From: Phoronis australis
Lineage: Eukaryota > Animalia > Phoronida
Reading direction: 5' to 3'
Length of the DNA stretch: 64,000 nucleotides
NCBI GenBank assembly: GCA_002633005.1
Contig: NMRA01000257.1
Location: 323,737 to 387,736 of the forward strand
In this document: in pieces, positions 52,728 to 61,545 of the stretch
Position numbering within the stretch: position 1 is the stretch's first letter
How the letters are laid out: every line of letters begins with the position of its first letter
Notes under the pieces: model-generated
Told to the model about the DNA's origin: nothing
Database searches by the model: none
What the model saw: only the letters and a program-made list of their open reading frames with translations
Program-made: the position numbers and the translations under genes

Positions 52728-55700
52728 AGTAAGGATGACAAGTTGAGACCAATTTGACTGATACCCCGGCCAGAGGCGGATCTACAGGGGGGTTCAGGGG
52801 GTTTAAACCCCCCCCCCCCTCGGGACAGGATCAAAAATAAAAACTGGAAAAAATCGCCAGAAAAACGAAATTAGCTACTAAAAATCCCAAAACATCTTAC
52901 ACGGGAGGAGGGAAACCCTCTCGCGACCTTCCTTCTCCTCGGCGCTACGCGCCTCGGATTCTTTCGAATCCTAAACCCCCCCTTACTGAAATCGTAGATC
53001 TGCCACTGATACCGGTAAATGGTCTAAATCAGAAGTCTTTGGCCGCTGGCAGGTTAGTACCTACAGGGCTACGTTAGTGAACTCGGGAATTCTGCTTGAT
53101 CTCAAGATTGCTTATGCCGGCGTGAACTTTCAGTGAACTGAATATTTATTAAGGTGACTTTTTTGTTCCGTTTGTAAAGAGTAGGGCCCGATTCCAAGGA
53201 GCATAATTTTATTCTCAAGATAAAAATAACAAAACATTTGCATAGCAAGGTTACATTTGTAAACCTTCCGATTGACGGATTTTTGAACGTTGTCTCAGTG
53301 CAACCCATTAAACAGTCTGAAAACAGGTTTTAAACGATTTTTAGGCTGTTTAATGGGAAAGCGGTCACCTTTTCGTAGCGTATTGCTTCGAGTATGGAAT
53401 CTTAATTTTGAGCACCCACAGTGAACCCTTTCGTAAGAAACTGTCTGTCGGAAAAGGCACCGCTTAGCAGGGAATTGTGTTAAAAAGGGAGGGAAACTGG
53501 TCGTGAAAATTTCGCCCTTCCGACATGCACGTCCTGTATACCTCTTCAATGGTAGTTCCCCAGGGAGTACAACACTAAAGAGATGTCTTTGCAATTCCTC
53601 TTTACTAGCACCCAAATACTGTGAAAATAATAATGTATATTTTTGTTGGAAAATGTGAGTCACCCTTTCATGGCAAATTGAAAGCTGGGAAAGGGTACCC
53701 CTTCGCAAAAAACTCGTCGCGAAATACGCCCTCTGAGCAACACGTCTCGTAACTCTTCTGACGGCGGTAGGTTAAATATTGTGTTCCTCCGTCAGTTGTG
53801 TATTGGTTAGTTTTTTGATGTTAGTTCTGAATCTAGGTGTTGATCCCATTTGTTTCACGAGTGAGAAACAACATGACCGCCGGACCCAAAACATGACCGC
53901 TGGTCCTCCAAATCGGACCGCATTTGTTATCCACCTTCAATGCCAGAACGCGATAAATTTTGTTCCAAAATGAAAAAGTCAGAGAGCAAACGAAATGTTT
54001 CGAATCATCCTGATACTATTAATATCCGTCTTCTTGTCGACGGTAAATCAATGCTGCTTATATATCATAAATCTAAAAAATGAGCTTGGATGAATGATGG
54101 TGTTCGACCATTGACTTTCACAGAGGTCAATGTAGGCCTACGAATGCTTCAAGAGGAGACGAGGCAACTATCACATTTTTGGGGTCGAATTTCAATAATT
54201 ATTTCATTGTATAATTACATCGTTTGAGTAAATCATTGACTATTGCCAGTTAGCTCTCCCGTTTTTCCCTAAAATTTGGAGAGGTCTTAAAAACAGTCCT
54301 GCTTGGTTGATTATTATTTTTCTCTTGTTCTCGCCCTAATGGACTTTTGCAAGCCACCTAGCCCGGCACTTCCTGCTCAGCTGCTCCTAATATCATCGGG
54401 GACAATTCTGGGTCCGGGGTCTGGTCTTTGAACTCGAAATCGAAATGATTTTTAACATTTTCCGTTCTACTTTAATGCAAACTGAAGGCAAGTGTCAATG
54501 ATTCTGTGCTCACCAGTATTTTAATGGCTTACCTGGCTGCCTGTCTAATCGCTTAATTGTTTATAAGTTCGAGTCCGGAAGTCTAAATTTCAATTTTTGA
54601 TCGCTCGAAATCTGAGTTTTTTACTAGAATTAGGAGCACAAATCTAGGGGCCACGAAGTATAGGAACTTACACTACTCGAGTATAGATGAATGAATATAC
54701 TTACATTGAGTTTGTATACAGGACGGAAAATGTCAAAAACAATAGAGAAACCGGGCCGTTCTTTTTGTAGATGGTCAAAAGGCTTCTGTACCGGCTTCAA
54801 CCGATGAAGGCAGGTGTTGACGTCCGTCAAGATATCATCAAAGTTAATGACCTAAGCACCTATTGTGTTCTACAGGCCAATTATCGCATTAGTGATGTCT
54901 GGCTGCAGTAAAATACTGAACACAGAAAATTAAAATATCAAGGACAGAAACTGTTAAATTTTGTTTTGTTAAGTTTTGCTTCCGAAACACTGAATTCCTC
55001 GTGAAAAGGTACGTGTGGTATTCTTCTTTCAGGGAAGAAATACTAAAAAAAGAATAAATTGACCAAAACACTGCGACGGGTTTACAACAGTTTTGGGTCG
55101 ATGCGTGTTCACAATTCATTCAGCGTGGTAGACAATTGGCATTCAGTTTGTGTCATAACGTCAAACAAAAAACCGATTACGTAACAAAAGAAAGATTGAC
55201 ATACATGTAAGGCCTCTGAAAACCGCCTCCCGTTCAGTAACACTAGGACCTCGTTAAAAACCAAGACTTCGCGAAATTAAGGGCAGAGTACCCGTACTGC
55301 TAGTCAGGATTTTACCCCGATCAGACATTCTCACCCCCGGCGAACTGCCAAATGAAACATGAAAGAATTTTAGGGGTGCATTGCCCCCTTTTAAATCCGC
55401 CACTGGTGTGATCACGTGCTTTGGCTTAATCTAATGTGTAGCTATATATTTTTACTTTAGTCCGTTACTTAAGGACAGCTTTACTCACATTTGCCACCCG
55501 TTAACCGCTTTCTTTGTCACACGCATAACCCGGCCACTCCAATCCAGGCATTAATTAGGTTGTCACATTTTGACGCACCCCTTCATTACACGCACGAGCC
55601 CAGTTTGAATTTTTGTTTGGATGACGAAACGTCGGCCGGTGCAACGAAGATGGCCCGGCGCACTAGCTGACTGACTGTTTGAAACGCAATTTACTCACTG

Positions 55701-57103
55701 CCGCCTACGGTGATACACGAACATATGGTAACAGTGAGCTTTGCTACAGTTCGGGCACGGTCACTGTGGTGCGCAAGCCGTGTTCGCGAGCTCAACATGA
55801 ACGAACTTTCTGTTTTCCTGCAAATATTGAATGTGGCTCAGGACCGTGACGAAATCGAGGAAGGGGGGAGGGTACAATTAAGTTGTTACTGCGGAGAGCA
55901 GGTCCTAACTTTCACCACTAGCGGATCTAGGATGTCCGTAATTAAGAGTATCACTCCTTGGAAATTATTGTCCCAGTATACTCAAAGGATAGGCCAATAT
56001 GCCGACGGCGTTCAGTTCGTACATGTAGAGAATTTTTCGCTTACACTGCATGGTGACCGCCTCTGATTCCCCAAGTCCCAGACAACTTTTACGATGCCTA
56101 TTCAGCACGCCCTTGCAGTTCTGAGCTGATGAAATGGAAAGGCATTACTGTCTCAACAATGGCTGTTGTTAGTACCACCATTTTGGTTTTCTCTGACATT
56201 TGCAGAGTTATAGCCTGCAACTCTGGAGAGTAATTTTAACTTGGTACATTATAAATATTACGAATTAACTAAAAAGGTTCACTTGTGTTTATCTTCACAA
56301 AGGGCCACTTCCCAAAGGAACGACGATAAGTTTCATATTGGTTTTCTTTATTAAATATTTAATGCTTCTGCCCACTTGTTTTTTTCCTACCCAGGAAACG
56401 GGTTGATAACTTTTTATCTAAGTTTTGAACTTGAAGTACCAAAACAGTGGTAGATTTTGATCGCCAGCTAAACTTAATTAGTTAAATTCATTGTGAGCCC
56501 ATCCCTGAACTTTCTACATTACAGGTACACTAAACATTTCACGTGTCATTAAAGTTTAATCTTTATTAGAACTCAAATCATAAAATATATACAAAAGTGC
56601 AAAAATGGTGATAACCAAACTGAAGATTTGGAATCTCTTGACAATTTCGGTGGCAATAATAACTATGCTAGCTCTTTGTCAGTAATAAAAAATGAAAATT
56701 GGGCACAACAACTGTTTGTTGGTCAAAAATCTGGTTAAAAGAGATTGAAAGAATATTAAACAAGAGCAACGCAGAGCGTTGAAATGCTCCCACAATTGCA
56801 CCGTATACGGTATCCTTCTAGGGTTGTTTATTGGTACCATAAAGTGGCCAGTAGAGGGCATATATGTAGTATGTTGTACTTTGCAAAATGGAAAGGCATG
56901 GTCATTGTCTCCTCAACAGGCTAGGGGCAAAATGTGAGTGATCTTCATAATACAAGCACATCCTATACATCAGTTGCTTAAAGCACCACAGAAACATAGA
57001 ATTAAAAACAAATTTACCAACATACGAGATTAGCACAGCATTAGAATGCCAGAAACAAATTTCTACTTGGAACTTTTCCTTCATAGTCACGAAGTAACAC
57101 AAA
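52728..57103 (+). repeat. Copy 2 of the ~4.4-kb direct duplication
   Basis: Begins at the gap and ends at the single N (57104) on the same gtaacacaaa as copy 1. Confidence 0.95.
52771..53008 (+). mobile_element. 238-bp hAT-like MITE present only in duplicate copy 2
   Basis: TIR CAGAGGCGGATCTAC / GTAGATCTGCCACTG; empty site visible at ~47864-47872. Confidence 0.88.
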
Positions 57104-57541
57104 NTCTTTATAGTAAGCACATACACGCCAATTTTCACAATCATCCTTTGAGCGGTTTGATTGATAGAGGGGTGGACGCAAAAATACTCGAAAACAGTAA
57201 AAATGGCCACTAGGTGGCGCAATCCATCTGAAAACGGGAGGATAGCATCATCACACTAATAGGTGCCTACATACCAAAATTTCATGAAAATCCGTTCAGG
57301 ACTTTTGAAGATACAAAGGTAAGGCGTAAAAAACTAAAATTGCCACTAGGGGGCACACCGGTAGTCGGATTGTCTGAAAGTTCGCACCTGCCGTCCAATT
57401 CATGAATGGAACATATGTGCCAAATTTCATGAACGTATGTCGAACGGTTTTGGAGATAAAGCAGCGGACGCCGGACGCCGGCCGCTCGGACGGAGATGAC
57501 GGCATAATGCGTCCACATATAAATATGTGGGCGCATAAAAA
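56759..57541 (-). mobile_element. Helentron-associated non-autonomous element (HINE/DINE-1-like); its 3' end is duplicated at 51846-52190
   Basis: On -: TTTTT, subTIR ATGCGCCCAC, inverted copy GTGGACGCAT, GTCC-type microsatellite, 3' subTIR GTGGGAGCAT, CAACGC/GCGTTG stem-loop, CTTGTT end; contains an N at 57104. Confidence 0.75.
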
Positions 57542-57545
57542 GGAA

Positions 57546-59117
57546 CCCACGTGGACGCATTATGCCGTCATCTCCGTCCGTCCGGCGTCCGCTGCTCTAT
57601 CTCCAAAACCCTTTGAGTACTTACGTTCATGAAATTTGGCTCATATACGTTCCATTCATGAATGGGACGGCATGAGCGAACTTTCGGACGGATCTGACAA
57701 CCGGTGTGCCCCCTAGTGGCAATTTTAGTTTTTTTACGTTATATCTTTGTATCTTCAAAAGTCCCGAACGGATTTTCATGAAGTTCGATATGTAGGCACC
57801 TATTAGTGAGATGACGCCATCCTCCTGTTTTCGGATGGATTCGACGTAGTTTGCGCCACCTAGTGGCCATTTTTTTACTGTTTTCGAGTTTTTTTGCGTC
57901 CACCCCTCTATCAGCCAAACCGCTCAAAGGATGATTGTGAAAATTGGCGTGTATATGCTTACTATGTAGAGGACGGTTGACGATGATTTTCCGACGATTT
58001 CGACTACTGTGGCGCCTCCTAGTGGCAGTTTTGTTTTTTTGCGCCTATGGCTGTATCTCCTAAACCGTTCGTAGGATCTTTACGAAATATAGCAAGTATA
58101 TTTATAGGATGTTAACAGTGGACGACGACGACGTTTGGACAGATCCGACTACCGGTGTGCCCCCTAGTGGTAATTTAATTTTTTTACGTTTACCTTTGTA
58201 TCTTCAAAAGTCCTCAACAGATTTTCATAAAATTTTAAATATAGGCATCTATTGGTGTGATGACGCTATATTCCTGTTTTTGGATGGAATCGAGGTATTT
58301 TGCACCACCTAGTGGCCATTTTTGCTGTTTTCAAATCTTGCTTTTGGTGTCCACCCCTGCATCAATTAAATCATTTGAAAATTGGCATATATTCTTTCTA
58401 ATTTTTGATTAGTTTTATTTGTTTATGTTGTTGTGCATACTAATAAGTCCGAAATGTAGCATTCAACTGCAGGTTGCTATGGAAATTTTAAAGACACTAT
58501 CGTCACTTTTTGTCGGCCATTTTCCTTGACTTTTGAAAGCTCTAAATTTTCGCTTTCCCCGACTAGAATTGGCAATAACTCGGTCATTTGTGAAGATAGG
58601 GACATGTTTCATACCTCAAAATGATCATAAAACACTGTATTTTCAGAAAATATAACAATTAAAAAAATGTCAAATCCCGACTCATTTTGTGGTGGTGGGT
58701 CACATATGTTCTCAGTGTGAAGATGACCTTTGATGATGGAGACCGACTGCTGTGGCGCCTCCTAGTGGTAGTTTTGTTTCGAGCCAATAGTTGTATCTCC
58801 TAAACCCACTGCAGGGTCTTTACTAAATTTAGTAAGTGTTTATATGAAGATAACAACATGCAGACGACGACGACTTTCAGGCGGATCCAACGGACACTGT
58901 GCCCACTAATGGCAATTTCATTTTATTCCGTTTTCCTTTGTTTCTCTGAAGTTCCATGACAGATTTTTATGAAATATGGCATGTTCCTGTTTTTGAATGG
59001 ATTGTATGTTTTTGCGCCATCTAGTGGCAACTTTTATGATACAAATAAATAACCCCAAAAGCACACCATTTGCAATGCATTCGTGGGCGCATTTCAACGC
59101 TCCGCGTTGCTCTTGTT
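57546..59117 (+). mobile_element. Helentron-associated element (HINE-like) with internal ~145-bp tandem subrepeats
   Basis: Slightly 5'-truncated cccacGTGGACGCAT, ccgtccgtccggcgtccg, 3' subTIR GTGGGCGCAT (59083-59092), stem-loop CAACGC-tcc-GCGTTG, CTTGTT end. Confidence 0.8.
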
Positions 59118-61545
59118 AGATTGTTAGTTCATCGATTTTCAAAAATCGAATACGTAGTACTACTTGGTTATTTTTTTTCAGCTGAATACCGCCGTGGTGT
59201 TCGTTTTTAGGGCCTTTCATAGTAACGTAGACGCGTCGATGGTTCGGGGTGTTGCGGTCAGTATGAACGAAAATTAGTGGTTAATGCATTTTGAAAATTC
59301 GCCATTATGTACAGTCAGAGATGTTTAATACAGTTTATGGTCGGATAATTACACTTATATGGGTCTTGCTCGCATGGGGCAATACGGTCATCACAATTGT
59401 ACCTGATTTCGGCGCCGCGCTCTCTTTGATACTGGTACAACCGCTCAGGAGGAGCGGTGAAAATTCTCGCATATCTTTAGAAATGCGTGACTTCCTTGTA
59501 AGCGTATTATTCACGGTATGTATACGGAGGATGAAGGGCCCCCGAAGGCCTTTTTTGGCCTTGTCCGCAGGGGAGGTGAGCAGGACCACCTTAAATCCAC
59601 GGTTGCAGCGGAATAGAAACGTAGTTGTCTCTCATTCACTCTGTTCTGCCTCCATAGTCGGACCGATTGCTGTCCACCCAAACGCAACGGGAAAAATCGG
59701 ACCACGGGTATAGTTTCCAACTTATACCAAGGCACATATTCAACTGTGGATACACCAGTTTGTCAAATAACGGCACATATCACTTAAAAGGTGATCTCGA
59801 TTGCATTTCGAATTTGGAAGGGTGCATTCAGGGACGAAAGTTTGAAACGTAGTCTACAGGATAATAGGGTGAGGCTATCGAGGTTGCCACCCAAAATTGC
59901 CGTCGACGAGTGGGGCAAATCGAAAATGGGGGTTGCGTTCAAGCAGTACACGCGGAGTGATGACGACCGGGCGGATCGATGGCGATGGGTGGAGGCAGCG
60001 GCATCTACCGCCGCCCCGGGCAGCTGTAAACCCAGCCTTTCTTATGTCTGTCGCTACACACACTTTTGAAGGCACTGAGTTACTTCCACGTTCTCGGTTT
60101 GCACTCATTCAGTCTACACTACCAACTGGACACTCAGTACAGGGTTCCTGTGCCATCATGAGAGGCAATTTTCTCGCACATATGCAGTTAAGTTGTTTAC
60201 CACTGACGATACACCATCATGGTGAGCTTCAAATCCAGGTTCTTGGATGTGAAAAACAGACGTTTCACGTTCTCAAACGACAAAAACGTTGTATCACGGA
60301 CAAGACAAAAATCATCTGACCGAAGTCAATAATCCGCGATAGCGGGCTGCCTGCGGTCCCATTTTCCACCGCACAGCGTCGCGCTGCGCAGCAACGTGAA
60401 GAACTCGGGCGGGTTTCCTAAGAATTACACATCTTGTAACATAAAACTAGCGAAGGAAGCCTATCGTCACACCCGCCCCAGTAAGGACCTAAGCGCATCA
60501 TGTACCTGTATCAATTACTCCTTCTTGCAAGTGTACAAATGTCCCAAGTTCATGTTTAACTTTGATAATGTCAAAGTAATTGGATACGCCGGTGCCGGTT
60601 GGTACCAAGAAGTCAGTGCTGTAAATTGAAATGTTCTCCTCAGTTACACCAATATACGTATATTACGGACATAACAAACGTCTGTACAAAAGAAGAAAAA
60701 TAAAAAAGTTTGAACCTTATTTAAACTTGAGCAAAACTTATTCAAGTAGAAATGTGCCTTGCACCTGTTCATGTCTTATAAGAACTGTAGTCGCGCCGAT
60801 GTACATACACCGATCTTGTCATAAGCAAAACACTCGATGTAATAAGAAATCGGTAAGTCGCTAAAACAAATGCACGTTACTTAGTCGATTCTGGAAATGT
60901 TTCGAACGTGCAACAGAAACGATATTGATGCATTCATGGATGCAACGGTTCTGTAACAGCTACTGTGGCCTTCGAAGCAAAGAAACAAGGCCAGCTTATA
61001 GAACTACAGGCTTCATGATAAAATATTCCAAAACTAAAAATGTCCGGTCTCAGTCGCACTTAATGAACAGTATTACATAAAGTACAAAAGAAATGACTTG
61101 TAAACTGCTGGGTGCAACGTCACAAGTACCAAGTCTTAACAACACAACGTTCGCATCCCATCTATTAAGGGTATTCACAACACAGCCTGACTTGGTCAAA
61201 CAGGAATCACCCTCGCCAAAATCAGGCACAGTCCTGGTGTCCTTAACAAGAAACTCACGTGCTTAAACTGTGAAAGATAGTAAGGAATGCTAACACTTCA
61301 CTATAATCAAAACAAAGAACTGACCAAAAACACCCAAAAATGGAGCTACACAGGAGTCTAACCCTGATTACAGAACAAAAGCAAGTGCAATTAAATATGT
61401 GAAGTATCTCTCCAAGGCATACACCAGTTCACAAACAACCCCTAATAACGTCACAGCAGCTACACCCCATTGTGATCACCAATGTGTATGTTGTACACAC
61501 TATGGTGCTAGCATGGATTTACTTCCACGCGTGGTTATCATTGGA

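Noticed and set aside
51989-52834. Long ORFs spanning the N run
   Set aside because: Artefacts of translating Ns
55710-56066. 118-aa ORF in duplicate copy 2
   Set aside because: Frameshifted and stop-interrupted in copy 1, runs into a dispersed repeat, no recognisable homology
56759-59117. Single 2.36-kb cut-and-paste transposon with 35-bp TIRs
   Set aside because: No TSD; internal subTIR, stem-loop and microsatellite architecture shows two oppositely oriented HINE-like elements
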